Notes: generated by a model not told the origin, from the sequence alone. A DNA stretch of 64,000 bases from Ascidiella aspersa (GCA_963924565.1 OZ004613.1:22506001-22570000); one strand, 5' to 3'. Shown: positions 11,401 through 26,400, numbered from the stretch's first letter. Numbers and translations: made by a program.

Positions 11401-14400
11401 TGGCAACGATTAAATTCGGTGAACTGTCTCCAAATCTTGGTTTAGCAAATTAAAGTTAGTTACGTCCGGTTGTTAACCAAACTCTTTTTTTATTTACCTT
11501 TCAGGTAGAATGCACTAAACCATTTAAAGGTAAAACGTTAAGCGATGAAACAGTTCTGTTTGTTTCGCTTAACCCCAAATTTAGGTTTGATTTTGCGGAA
11601 ATTAACAAGACACAGACAAAAGTAGTTCTTTACCACCATATATTAAAGGAAGGCCAGTTTCATGCAAGTTACAAGAGCTAGGAAATATTGAGATTAGGCA
11701 AGACCAAAACTGAAAATAAACGCTTTCCGGGCGTCTTTGTGTTACAAAATGACTTTTAGTTTATTTTCAACAGCCCTTAATCTTTTTAATATCGACATAC
11801 GGGCACGCTAAACAAAAATAGAAACACGCATTTGCATACCAGCACTTAACGATAATTGCCCTACCAAGGGCGCCCCAAATAGAGTACACGATAATGCAAT
11901 TGCGTTGTAATGGCACGTGTAAGACTCCGGCCCGTGCGAAAGTTTTCCATAATTAGACGTGTTCGAGTCAGCGACGCGTTAATCCGGCAAAAACGCGCCT
12001 GTTACTTTTCATGGATGAAGCACACAAACGTGAGATGAGGGCGTTGTTTCAGCAATTGCCCCCAAACGAAGCAATGGCGTCGACGCAAAATGCATAGGTG
12101 TCTGCGAACCGGGGACTGCGCCGTTTTTTTTTTTTAAAGAAAAACGACCATTAGCCATATCGGGCCAGCGCTAATCTTGTCTCTTATTTAACCGAGTGAA
12201 TGTTGTTACATCAAGTGAAGAATGTTATTCCCAAAGCAATATATTTATGCCTTGTCATTCATTTTTATCGTACTTACAACAGCCTGCTTAAAACCCCAAA
12301 ATTATTGTCCATAAACAGTAATAAAACCAAGTATAACAAGCTTAGGCTCTATGTAGCGCAAGGGGTCAGTGATGGCTCAAACATGCTGCTGATGGAACAT
12401 TCGGTAAGGAAATCTCCGGCCGATGGTATCAATGGACATCATAGGCCTCCTTCCAAATGGCAACATGCCACTTGGGGTTGCCTAGCTATCAGCTATAAGC
12501 ACTTTTTAATTAAACAATCGAGATGACAGTTGGGTAAAAATCTTACCTGGTCCTGGTGCAGACATATGGCGGGTAGCAGGTGCTCCACCCGGCCCACTCC
12601 ATCCAACGATAGCAGTTCTGTTCGTCGAGCGAGTTATTGCAGTCGCGGATGCCGTCGCACACGCGAAAGTTGCCGATGCACTGCGCCGTGGTGGTGTTGG
12701 CGCCGGCGTGGGCCAGCAGTACTTCAGGGGCGACGTCGGTGCGCTGGTAGACCGAGCAGCGGAACTGCATGAGGCAGTAGCGACAGTTGGACTCGTCAGA
12801 GCCGTCCAGGCACTGTTTGGTGCCGTCGCATACCTGAAAGGACAAATCGAGCGGATGGAATAGGTTAGTGGTGCGCGTTTGCGTATAAGGCTAAGCCAAG
12901 GGTCACCAAAATACGGCCGGTGAACCAAGTCCGGCCCGCGCATAATAATGAAGATAAGTGCAAAATCCCCTCGAGCCGTGGAAGATAAATATCGACCTCA
13001 ATTCCTGATCACTATGATCAGTAGCAGCAGAATAGTCTAGAAAAGCTAGTAATTCGGGTCAGACGCTATATTTATAGGCGATAAAAGATATATATATATA
13101 TATTTTGCTGGCAAAGGCATCGTCAGTACCATTTGAATAAGATATATTGATGATGCCTTGTGCCTGCCAAAAATATTTATTTATTTTAAAATTTACAAAT
13201 ATTGTCAGACTTGAATTACTAGCTTTGCGAGACTATTCTGCTGAAGATAAATAAAACACAGTTGAAATGTTGCAGGATGAGATTTCGAACTAAATATGGG
13301 TGAAATTATGAACTGAACGACACTTTCAAAAAAATCTGACTTCGGTTTTCGGAGTTATTTATATTTCTTTCGTTTAACAATGACTAAGTTAATTTGACAC
13401 TGACTTTATATCGGGGCCGTCATTGCAGGGAATTACATTTATAGGGCCCTTTATGAAAAAAGTTTGGTGACCAATTTACACATTGCACAAGAGTTATTAT
13501 TGTTTTTACTTTATTTTAAGTTGATACATAGACGCACATCTTGAACTATACCAAAACCACATACTTTAGGCCATAACAGATTATGCCCAGACGGTTTAAT
13601 TAACGTCTACCGCTAAAATTAACATAACTAATAAACTAAATCCACAGGACGGAGTCCTTAAACCGGTTGACATTTGTTTGTACTCGATAAAGGTTAAACA
13701 CAAGCCTTAGATCAGGGATGTCCAACTCAAACATGCCGGCGTGCTGATTTTTATCCTATAACTTCATCCCGTGCCAAAGTTTAGTAATATAATTCTTTCT
13801 AATAATAAAAGCGTTTTTTTACAAACAATAAAAACATGTAGTTAGCAGTGCGCATTACTGCATCTAAATGTCCGTCGGTGAGCTGACTTTTGCTTTTTGT
13901 TTCTTCACACCAAACTTTATAGTTATGTGAATGCTATAGCCTCCACTACAATATAATGTTATAGTATTAGAAGTAATTGTTAATTGTCGTGATGGCAGCG
14001 AATGTTTTGTCGTGATGGCAGCGAAATGTTATTGTGAATAAACAATGAAAATTTACTGTATAAAAAAATAGGTATTTTTTTTACAATTGGCTGAATAGCA
14101 AATTAACTAATTTAGGGGGGCTTGCGTGCCATTTTTTATTTGGTCGCGTGCCACGTGCCGCTTGTTGGACACCCCTGCCTAAGATGATAAAATGATCACG
14201 AGTTATAGGCACGTAAAGGCGAAATTGGGGTAACGACCAGAACAGTATTTTTGTCTGCAAGTTGGAATTCATTGTTAATTTTTTGCATAACAACTCTTTG
14301 AACATGTATTTATTTTGTACGAGTTGTTTTATCGTTTGTTGCGTGTTGTTTTCGCATTGTGTTAACTATTGCGTTGTGAATCACTTAACTTTTCGTGCCC

Positions 14401-17400
14401 CTTCACTTCTGCACCCCACCTTCACTGGCTTATACCTTATCTTACCATGTTTGTTGTTAACGCCTTTTTGTCTGTAGTTAGTGTAGCCATCACACTTTTT
14501 TTGAATGACGTATAGTTTTGAAAAGCTTTATGGTAGTCGACAGTCAGGTTGGGCAATGCTGGGACAACCACCTGTTTAGATCGTCGTCGTTTACGCCCTA
14601 TTTCAATCTGTTACGCGCTTCCATTGTTTTTTGTTTTACATGTTAGTTCACCTATCGCCCTATATTATATACAACACTGATAAGTCTCGTGCAGTGTTCG
14701 GAGATCCGACAGGCCGTGAAGTAGAACGTTCTGAAACTTTGGCGTAACATTTACAATTACATGCAATTGCGAGTCTGAATAACAAAGGTCGACATTTGAC
14801 GCCTCAAAGGCCAAAGAAAAATGCACCGATGACAGTTCTTTACAAAAATTCTTCTAGACATTTTGAAGTCGGTCAACTTAGCGATTGTCCGAAGTAGGCC
14901 TTTGCTTCATGCTTGGCTAATGCAAATTTAGAATTTCTTAAGGGCGAATAAATTTCACAAACAAATCACGATGGCAAATGTTGCACGAAAAAAAGATGGC
15001 AAATGTTGCACGCCGGTAAAGCCCTGCCTGAGTTCAACCAAAATGAAAACGCATATAACACACTAAAACACAAACGCAAAGAACTCAATTTCATCGCATT
15101 GCTACCGTCACGACAGTTTATAATCCCCAGGCGACTGTTGCATTCTATTTACAGCTAATAAAACACTTTAATTCCCCGCGATTGGCCGGGGAAAGCAGAC
15201 CGGCAGAGTTAAGCAGGCCAACTCGAAAAGCTTAGACGAGAATTAGGCGTCGTCGACCTTAATGGCCCGGGGTAATTACTTTATTGACGTATTGTCCGAG
15301 CGAAAATGTGGGCCAGCTAAGTGGGTCCTTGCATATGGATCAAACGTGGGATTTGCTTTTGTAAGTGCCGGATTGCATTAATGGGGTCGTACAAGCTATA
15401 CGCTGCTGACCGTAGAGCGTTGGATTGCGTAAACTGTTGGATGTTACTTTTTCCCATGTGTGTACGTTTATCATGCAGACCTCTGGTGATCCCATAAGTG
15501 TATTTTAATGTAAGCAAAGTATTTTACAACTGTTATGCCAGGAGTTCTGGGGCGCTTTCGTGAGAAAAAATGGCACAATACAGTTGTAAACAGGTGTACT
15601 CCCCCAAAAGTAATATCTGCAGTTAACTCGATAAACTTAAGCCTTTGTATAATATACCGCGATAAGGCTTTTCAGACGCTTTAGTGAACAACGATATGCC
15701 ATTCACATCAGTATATCGAGTCACAAAATATACAGCAAATGCAGACCCCCGATGCCTCATAAGTTACGATAAGATTCGAACTTACAGCCTAAGCTCCCAG
15801 AGTCCCAGCACATGATCAACGGTATATGATGTCATGCCAAAAATGACCAACAATTTATCGGCCAGAAATAAAGCATTCCAATAATTGTGAAAATTCCCAA
15901 ACAGCGTCCATCACTCAAACCATACACTATAAGGTTGTGATGGAGGCCGAATCTAAATGGCAGCAAGATGTTACATCATGCTTACCTGTGACTTGGGAAT
16001 GCATCGTTCATGTGGCTTGCCGCATCGAAATCCGTCGCACCAGCCTCTGTGCCAGCTGCAGCCCGTCTCGTCAAGTCCCAGTGCGCAGTCCTTTTGGCCG
16101 TCGCACACCTGTCAAAGGGCAAGTGCGTAAGATATGAGCGTCAGCGGTGTGTTTCAAACGCCACATGCGAATATAAGGATATAACACATGCAACGATACG
16201 AAGCCCTCCTCGTTTAAACGACAAAGATTTAAATAATTCCGAAACCGAAAAACTATTTTTGCAAAAAAAGTACCTAGCTGTTTGATCCAATACTAAAAAG
16301 GTTTGTTTATCAATATTTCCCCTATCTATTAGGAACAAAGCGATTTAACGTTAAAGCACTGTTCGGTATTTTGAAACTATGGTAAGTTCCCACAATCAAA
16401 GAGTAACTTAAATTGTGCCCTTTATTGCTACTACTCTTTGGCTGCATCTACATTGATTGCGACCTATTAATTATCAACGATAATAAGTTAGCGATGTTTG
16501 ACATTCATATATGATTTTCAAAAGTGTATTTTCATAAGAATTTAACTAAGAATTGATAGAGGTAAATTTGTGTCATTGAAAAAAAACCCAGATAACTTAG
16601 CCTGGAGAAATGACTTGAAATCAGGTATATTGGGTGCAATGTATATACATTATACACAAGGCTTTCTTATTTTTAATGTAGCAGAGAATGGTTGGTGAAA
16701 ATCGCGAAAGCGCATTTACGGCGTTCATAAATAATGTGGTTATGGTCAAGGGCGACAGGTTGTGGGCAGTAAACAGTGGAAGCGCATCAATATTTAATTA
16801 ACGGACAGCGGCGTTTAGAGTCCAGTCGCGAATAAATAAGCAGCACAAAAATTCAAACATTTAAGCAATATCAAAACACAAGTCGCGCAATATTTACAAA
16901 TTCGCCAGGTAAAGATTTTGGCTTAATTGGGTAGCTCAACATTTTGGCTTAAGCAGAGTAAACCTTATAATTTTGAAAGAAGAGTTTATAGCGATGAAAC
17001 CTTTTGCTTTTTCCCGAACGTCTTTCGAAATACTTTCCTGTAAGATGGCTTACCTTTTGCTGAGAAATGCACGGCTTTGAATCGGCGTGATGCAGGCAGG
17101 AAAACTGGCTGGTGTTTTGACAATCCCGGCATCCCAGTTCATCACTACCATCCGGACACTGGTTCACTCCGTCGCACTAAATTGCAAAGATTTTTTTTTC
17201 GTTTACTGGTTTTTAATCAACTTTGTAATTTTAAATTATACGCAAATAAAACCCATCAGTGCGAAGGTTAGAGCCTTCAGTTAAGAAGTATTTTATTTAC
17301 TAGTAAATGCTCTGTATAGAACATATTGTGTTAATTATACGTCATATTTAATAGAAACAGCACGTTGCCTTAAATATGTTGACCAAGACTACATTGCTTT

Positions 17401-20400
17401 ACGTTACTTTTTCGTTTTATATTCACGCTTTTATTTACTTTAAAACGTCGTCAAATGAATCTGCTGCTTATTACAGGAATTGTCGAAACATTTGTTTTAC
17501 ATTGTAAACTATTTAAATCCGTATAAGTACATTGGATTAAGTTAAAACCTTGTGAAAACATCAAATACCGCTTGGCTTATAGTTGTGAGACAATTTGAGA
17601 GGATTACAAAAGAGACCATTTGGCACTAAAAGCAAAACTTGTTCTGTCGCGTTGGTGACACGTAATCCTACTCGTTTATTATAGTAGCATGTCGTGGTGT
17701 ATTGCACGGAATGTCTCGAACCATTACGCGGGTCCCACGGGCATAGTTTGGACGTGTAAGACTAGAAGAAAACTAAAAGGATAGTAAAATTTTTCACAAA
17801 AAAACGTACTAGGCGGTTAGTTTTTAAACGATTATATTCATATTAACGCAAGCCATCGGATAAATATTACCTGACATAACGCGACGGACCCTAAAATATT
17901 TTTCTATGCAGTTGTTTTTCAGACTTGGGAAACAGATCGAAATGCAAGAGTGCGATAGAGATAATCAGCGCTGGTTTGTTATATTAGTAAAAACGTATGA
18001 AACGAAAATAACAAACTATTTTTTTAAGTATTGCGAAAATCTTGCTCATAACCAATCGCAATACATTCCACCATGTAAAACTACTACAGTCGTCGCTCTA
18101 ACTAAATCAAACAGCGACTTATTTTACGGTGGTGGCGCATACAATGAGAAACACTGTTGTATCTGAACACGGCGAAAATTAGCTTTATATAGGTTTACCT
18201 TAATTCCGGCGGCGCAGGTGGTCGAGTTGTCGGCGCCGCTGACCGGACTGCAGTTTCCCTTGGCCCGCAGAACACCGCCGCAGCATTCCGACTTGGCCGC
18301 CTTGCTTAGGGAAAGGAGGGTCACCGAGCTTCTGGAACATTCGACGCAGGACTGGGTCGAGTCGTCAAATTGAACCCAACCGTCGGGGGCTATCGCGGGG
18401 TCGTAAAGTGTCGGCCGGCACCACCTTACTTCAGCCATGGTGGGAACACATAGACAGGAGACCATGCAGGTCACAATGGCGCAGAATGCCGTCGTTTTCA
18501 TTTTGAAGTCGATCAACGAAAGGTTTATTTTGTTTCGCTGAAAATTCCGTTCAAGTGCAACCCAGATATTGGTTTGTAATGATTTTCAGTTGTTCTCGGT
18601 TTTCTGTGCGTTTGAAATTTTTTTCAGCTAATTTAATTTTTCTTTGCTTTAATTTTCTTCGTTTGTCTTTGCTTGTTGGGCAACAACAAAAAATAAACTT
18701 ATCTCTGTACATGCAAATTCGAGAGAAAAACAATGGGTTGATTCCAGAGTCGCAACGGATAACAACGCAATTATAGGCGATTTAAAAAAACTTATTTTGT
18801 AAATCTGCATGTGGCACAATCTACATACTACGCGGTCTTTATCAATTCGAAAGACCGGAAGCCTATATTTCACCCTTTCAACAGTAATGCTATGAATCCT
18901 TTTTAATATACCCCAGCATGACGCTGGTTTCGTAATACGAAGTTCAGATGTACATATGAATAAACCGTTCTTGGCAAACTTCAGGCTTTCTACCTTACAA
19001 GCTCGTATAGAATCAATAAACAAACTATAGCAACTGCCCTAACCGCATACGCTATATATACTCGTTTGACTTTAGCTTAAGCAACTCAATCATTTTTTTC
19101 TTAAGACTTGAACGCTATGAAGGCTCAATAAAAGATAATCGTTTGTTGCACCTAGGTCCTGATTCAATTTGTTCTCATCTCGTAATATTACACTTAGATG
19201 TCGAACGCAAACAGTGGAGGCAATTAGAAGGGCGGATCAACATTTGCTGACAACAATATCTGCATGCTGAACCAGACTTTAACTTGGTCTTTCGCTTAAC
19301 CTGCTCTTTACGCAAATGAATAATTTTACATTGAAACTGAGTTCTGGAAAACGTCTGTGCGTGACCAATAACCTCGCATCGTACTTGTAATACCCTATTA
19401 GGCATGTTTGGCTACTACTGATCTAAGAAAAAAAAATTGTTCTATCGTTGCGGCTAGAATTTTTCATATACGCGCTTCCCTAAATTGAACTAAATTGGCG
19501 TTTTTTTTCACCTCGTTTGACCTTACCTGATTGGGTTCTGCTGACCTTAAGCAATTTTCATCTTTTATTGTTTCGGCTATAAATTATAGATATATGCGCT
19601 TCCCTGACTCTGATAGCAAAGCACAAAACTATAACGGGACGTATAGTCCAAAAGTAAAAGTATACCGCAATCCTATAAAGTGCGCTACAACTTGCAAACG
19701 CGTCACAATTCCCACGCACAGATCACAATTAAGACAGGATGCCGACGGCAAACCAGCTCACGGCACTACCCCGGGGAGACACGGCGTCCAAATCGCAAAT
19801 AAACTCGAAACGGGCCGCCGCAAATTTCCCGCGCAGCATCCAACGCGCGACTGATGTGCGTCGTGTCGCCGCAGCAGCAAATAAAGCGCTTTGGCGGCAC
19901 GCGACAGGAGAGAAGTCGCCCTGTGCCGAGAGAAAAACGCCAGATTCCGGCCGTTTTGGACTGCCTTGCCTTCTAAAACCTGAAACGCCGCTCGTTGGGC
20001 GCGAAGCAAGGTCGGCGACACCTTTTCCTTTGCCGGGCGACCGACTTTTGGCGGATTAAGTGAAGTCGTTGAACTTCGCACGCGCGTAAATAGAAGAGCA
20101 TGCTAGGCTGGTATAGGTTTACCGTTATTTCGGGTTTCCGGAAAATTACAAACCGACAAAAAAATTGTTAATTTAGAAATAAATAGAGCACTCAAGTACA
20201 AACAATAATATATCGCTAAAGTACTGTAATACTATATTTCCATCGCTCATTGGTTCGTCCTATATCAGCAAACGTTGTGGAAAACGAAAAAATACGCCAT
20301 TTTTGCTATGGTTTTATTATATGCTTGTGTTTTAGTTAACGACATGTTTTCGAATGAGGCTATACAAAAAAGGTGTGCGCGATTCTCGTGATTTCTACAA

Positions 20401-23400
20401 ACCATTTAAGAGATAAATCGACATCACATTCCAAACCAGAAAGTTTTTTCCGTTTTACGTTTTTACAACTGTAAAAACCCAATTCAGGTCAGTCAAAAAT
20501 CATAAGGAGAACACATAAAGTGAATTCCACGAGGAATCTCGAGTGGGATTTGCCGCAGAACGACGAACGAAGGCAATAACAGCAGATTTCGACGGGCGAC
20601 CATTCGTTAGCGGGTTAACAATGTGTTTATATGGCGGCGGCAGATTAAGGGCGCCTGAAGTCGCGGTCGGGGGTACTGGGCCCGTGCATTATTAAGGACT
20701 TGAGGACATCTGGTCATTATATGCGCCGCTGCGGACGGCATTTCATTGGTCTTCGGCGGTCGCCCGTGGCTTTGCACTTGCTTAATGGAGCGGCCACAAA
20801 ATTTAATGCGAAACAAACTAACGAGTTTTTTTGTTTCCAGCAGTATGCGTTTCAATTTGCAACATTTTTTGGCAAGTAGTTCAAATGACTGAAACAGTTT
20901 ACCAAATCCGACCGCTGAAGATTTTTACTTGAAATTGCTATTAAACAAACAAACACTATAAAAAAATAAAATAGTTTCTTTAGTATCAAATCTGATTTCC
21001 TCCTTCTATAGAAGAAATATTATCGGCGATTTTTTTTTAATTGTGATCAAGTGTTCACTTGCTATTTGCAACATAGAGAAGCCAAACTCTATATTTTCAA
21101 GATCACGGCATGTTTTAGCTTATGCACATTAAACTGCTTTACCTTGTGCTAGTGCGCAATAAAAGGTAACGTACATGGAGTTATTAAGATTGTTTGCTGC
21201 AATGCATCACTGAAGTTGGATATACTGCGTACACCACGGAACGCAGTACATTTTGGAAATTAAGTTATTTTGCTATTCTCAGTGGCCATTCCTTTGCTGT
21301 ACGCACGGCCTGTAAATGTATTTTTCTCTGAATTGAAAAAAATATACTCTAAATTTAAGAAAATCATGTAGAATAAAGTTGTTAAACAAAAACGTGTTTT
21401 ACACAAATAAAACACGAAAACAGCTCATTAAATATGCAATCATATTTTGCTAGACACAAATATGGAGGTAAAACTATTGCATTGGGTATATACTGTATTA
21501 ATTGGGCACGACCACCCGCATTGATTATAACTTACAGCAAACGTTCGAGGGAAATAATTAAATGAGAAAGTAAAGCGAAGGGGTATAAAGGTAAGTTATC
21601 CGTCTTTCCGACAATTAACGTCTGAGGCACAACAAATTTGCGTTGAAGGTCTTCTAACTGGCGCAAGTGTCTCTCGCTTTAAAGTTTAGAACGCGCGGGT
21701 TTTGGGTTTTAGACGCACTTTCCTTTTCAGTGGATCGCCGCCTTTACCTTGCTAATCGTACATGCCGCGAAAGCCGATATTGGGATGTCAAAATGAAATA
21801 TAAGCCGGACTGCAAGTAATTAACAAACATATGTGATCGTTTTTTCAGCATAATGGTTGGAGGTTGCAGTACGACGTAGTACGTTTTTTTTCAACATAGT
21901 TTCGACTCATAGAATACGTTGAAAATAAATCAAGAGCGAAATCTTCAAAATTCCGCCTATACTTTCGTATGGGCTTTGATATTCTTACTATGTGATCGTG
22001 TTTGGCGTTATATGCCATGGGAGCCACAGCTTCATCATTAGCAAGAATTAACAAATCATAATTCCAAAAAATCATAAAACAAATTGACTTTAGGTCAAAG
22101 TATTCATTATTTGTTGTATATTGGTGCCTTAAATTTAAAATAAAGCTGAATCATTTTTGTTATATACTTTAACGGTATTTAAAGAAAAATCTACACCATA
22201 AGGTTATATACCCAATTGATCAGGTTTGCATATTCTTTTCTTTTTATAATACTGCCGACCACGCGTAGAAGATATGAACCATATTTGCAACCTATATCCA
22301 CAATTACCATTCTCTTGTCTCATATGTTAGATGTGCAAAGATTCGTGAAAAAAATACACTGTGCTGAGAACGGTTACCCACAAACTCAGCTGAACCTTTA
22401 TAGGAAACGTGACTTACTGAACTTTCGTTTTTCTGTTCCGGTTTCGAAAATCGAACATTTTAAGAATACTGCTAAACTGACGGACATAGGTGACGCAAAC
22501 ATGCGTGTTGTGTTGTACAAAGAAGGAATTACGTTTTGGAAATTGTCTTACGCAAGACTTTCCACCGAAATTGTCTGACCAGTGCACAACCTCACGCGGT
22601 TTTAGCTGAAATCGACCTGGTGTGATTGTCACCTAAATTTGGCAAAATCTATTTCTTTGTTAAACTTCTAACCATGTTCAATCAAAAACAACACTATAGC
22701 TATAATCATACAAAATATTAACAAACCATCGAGCATAATGGTTTGAGAATGCAGTAAGACGTAGTAAGAACACCAAAGCCTAGACAATAGGTAACATTTT
22801 AGACGTTTCTAACAACTCTTTGTTCATTTTCAACATTACTGAATGAAGAGTTATTCAAAATGTTGATACCTACCTCTTAAAAATGATACCTACTTTTGCA
22901 TGGACTTTCATATTCTTACTATGTCCTGTTTAACCATAAACAGTTTTATTGCTTGAATTGCAGTCTTTAAGCATGTCAGTGTATCATGCACGTTAATTAC
23001 CCCGTTCTGAGCAAACGCAAAAACTTTATATGTCATAGCATTTGGATGATACTATACCGAGAAATAATGCAGCATGTGCTGTACTGTTTTCGAATGTATG
23101 CGTATAGTTCCTAAAAGAAATAATAACAGAAGACCGCTATGCAAAATGCAAACCAGCAAATTATTTTTATTTTATCGTCAGTACACGTTTTGTTGCGAAA
23201 ATAGGAATAACATACATTTAAGGCAAGCAACAGCAGTCCTTTTAGTGCTGGTTACGCAACATTCTGTCGTTTACCAAATGTTATCAAGGCAACAAATCTG
23301 CAAGTCGTCAATTACCTAATTCAAAACGATCGCTAATGGGACCTTAAGGAAAGCTCGACCAACCAAAACAACACGCCACAGTCCTTTAATTGACAAGGCA

Positions 23401-26400
23401 GCGTCAGAGCATTTAAACAACACTTGTGGCATACAATGGCCGGACTGCCCTTGCATGTTTTTTCGATGCTGCATGTCCTACACAGGACATAATTCTCCCG
23501 AATGCAATGTCGTTCGGCATGACATAAGTTTTTTTCGCAAGAAATCTCTGGTCTTTGAAACCTTTCGAGAAAAAAGTTGCCTATGCCATAGCTATTTGGG
23601 GAAAGTGCGAAAGCGGGGTTGTTACTGAGCAGCGTGTAAATGCACAAAACGTGGACGACAGCGATTCTCGTTTCCGAAATGCGTTGCCGGTACAATTTGC
23701 GAACATTACGGGAACACGTGTAGAAAACCACGCCCTTAGTATTTCAGTCTTTCTGGACGATTATGGTCCTTGCGGAATTACAAAGAACGTGATCATGGTC
23801 TGTTTGCATTTAAAAGCTGGACAAATGTGCTTTACTCTCCGATTTTGAAGATTATAATTTCTTTTAAAGGGAGAAAATTCATATTATTTATGATAATTAC
23901 AGCGGAAAATTAGTAAGATAACGTTATAACTTTGCTTGTTGGCATGTTGTCCCTGTGTAACATATTTTTTAGTGTAAAATTAACAAGAGACCGTTAACGG
24001 TCATTGCTTTCGGGTCACCAAAGTTAACAAGAATGAGGTAATATAGAGGATTTTTGCGAATATCAGTTATTCGAAAAACACACACGCATTAATAACATCT
24101 GTCTGCGCCTTTTTATGAAAATGCTTCTAGTTTTGGTGCTTAAAAGGCTAGGGTAAAAGCACGTTGTTTGTAATAGCCTTTAAACAAAGATATTACCTTA
24201 AATAACCCTTATGCGATGCGGAAAAGCGGTGACTTAAATGCTCACAAATGGATGTGAATGTCTTCCGTTCAAAACAATTCCGATTCGACGAAACACAAAG
24301 TTCGAACTCAGGTGACCTTACGCGCGGCGCTCTTTGATGTCGTATCGAATTGGGCGCTGGTCGAGTTTGTCTTATTATGACGCAACACATCAAACATATT
24401 CGAACCACCAACGCAAAAATAGGCATTTTAAAAACGCCAGCTAGGCGTAGAAAATATATTTTGCCCAATTGATGCCATAAAATTTCTCCTCAATATAGTT
24501 GATAATGAAGACTCGTGTTGGTAACATTTCCTCTACGCAGGCTAAATTACGTAGAAAAACACACACAAAAAATGGTATCTTATTTTTTTAAACCAGATCC
24601 TTGTTGTCCATACGTATTCCATCTAAAACCAAATTGTTGATGCCATAACTGTAAATAACCACCCTTATTACCGTATATAGGAGTTACAGAAAAGCAATTT
24701 AAAAGCTGGTGTTGAAAATGAATAAGGAGTTACGAAACTTAAAAAAAAAGACACTTACACTTCTACATTGGTTTAGATATTTCCTACTACGTAAAAAACA
24801 AATACGACTGCAGCCTAATTCGATATTGCTACTATGTTACTAAAAAAGTGTAATTTAAGAAAAATATTCCCCACTTGGGTAGAACTGATGGGGGAAAGGG
24901 TTTACCCGGTGAGAGTACGGTGCTTGAGGAAATGAGTAGACGAGTTTAACCCAGTGCTCCTAATTTGTTTACAATAAATGTAAGACGTTAGGCGTCTTAT
25001 ATTACAGTGGTGATAAGTGGAGGTATAAAATCAATTCGTTAATGACATAATCTTAATAGTGTGGAAATAACCTTGGTTATATAAAAAAAACAATCTTGGT
25101 TAGTAAAATAAAATTATATTTTCACGCAAGGCCTGTTCCAAATTGGAAATGTTAGCGGCACTAAAAAGCAATATGTGGTTGGGCCAACGCCAACGCAAAT
25201 CTGAAGGAGAATCCACTCAAATGCGATACACGATTGCCGTGCGAAAAACGCCCAAAAATAGCGCGGGGACGAAGAAAAAAAAGGAAACGGATTTCTAGGT
25301 ATAAAGTCGGATAAAGTTTTTTTAACTGGATTTGCGCTTTCATCATGTTAACTCGAGAGGATGCCAACTTAAAAGACAGTTTCGCATTTCATGAATCATT
25401 TTTTGAGGGCGTCATTGTTTGTTGACGTCATCAATGACGCGTTTTCCTGAGGTTCCGGGGTTAATGTCCTTAAAATGGGGTTCGAGTTTGTATTTCTGAC
25501 GATGAATATATTTCTTGGCAAACCCCGAGTCTGATTTTTTTGCTTCCGGATAAGGTTTGCTTGACGCTGGTGTTTGGTAATATTTCGGCAAACAGCGCAT
25601 AGCGGAGTAAGTGGATGTTAATCATAAGATTTTAGTAAGCTTACTTACAAAAAAATAATGTTTGCAATTATTATATTTTATTTGGCTTTAGGTCAACTAA
25701 TTTGTGCAAGTGATCATTAACAAGAAACACTCTGTTGTGGTGAAAAGTATTAATTTTGTGCGTCGAATAATAGATATCACCACGAACTCAACAATAAAGA
25801 CTAAAAAACTAACCACCAACTAACTAAGCAATATTTAAGAGCTTTCTGTGAGTTACAAAACATACGCTCGTATATGCAAAATAAATAAAACAACACGATG
25901 TATCTTTGTAACGATAACAACAATAAGTTTTTTTCGTTTTACAATATTGGTTGGGGACCTGCATCAACAGATTTTTAAAGTTTTATAATTAAAAAAATAG
26001 TTAAACATCCCTTTTAAACTGTTTTTTTTTTCATGTGGTAAAGAACTTGATACGTTGAATTTAAGTCAATGTTAATAACAACCAAAAAGGTTTTGATCCA
26101 CAGGTAACCCTTGACATAGCAATCCGGTTACTTCAACAATATCAAACTGGCGGGGTCGCGAAATTGCGCTACATCACCTCGCATGCTTAAACTCTATTGT
26201 TTTTCGCTTAAAACTCGCAAACGTCCCGCTATATCTCCGGCTCTAAATAAGGCAAGAATGGGCGCGAGGCCCTGAACAGCCTTGCCGTGCCGAGTTACAG
26301 CAAATTACAAGCTTATTTACTCCCGGGAGCCACATCAAACGAAAGTAACACGAAGAGGAAGGATTTGTTGACCAAACGATCAAAGCGCTTCGCCTTTTTA

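Noticed and set aside
17871-17890. 20-nt micro-exon (ttttag|GGTCCGTCGCGTTATGTCAG|gtaata) in the LDLa gene
   Set aside because: Good splice sites but frameshifting between two phase-0 junctions. Exon 1 joins exon 2 directly (CAAGIK-CDG). It could only be a poison exon or need an unseen partner.
19531-20081. Three overlapping ~107-aa ORFs
   Set aside because: GC-rich block with no recognisable domain or splice-consistent partners; more likely regulatory.
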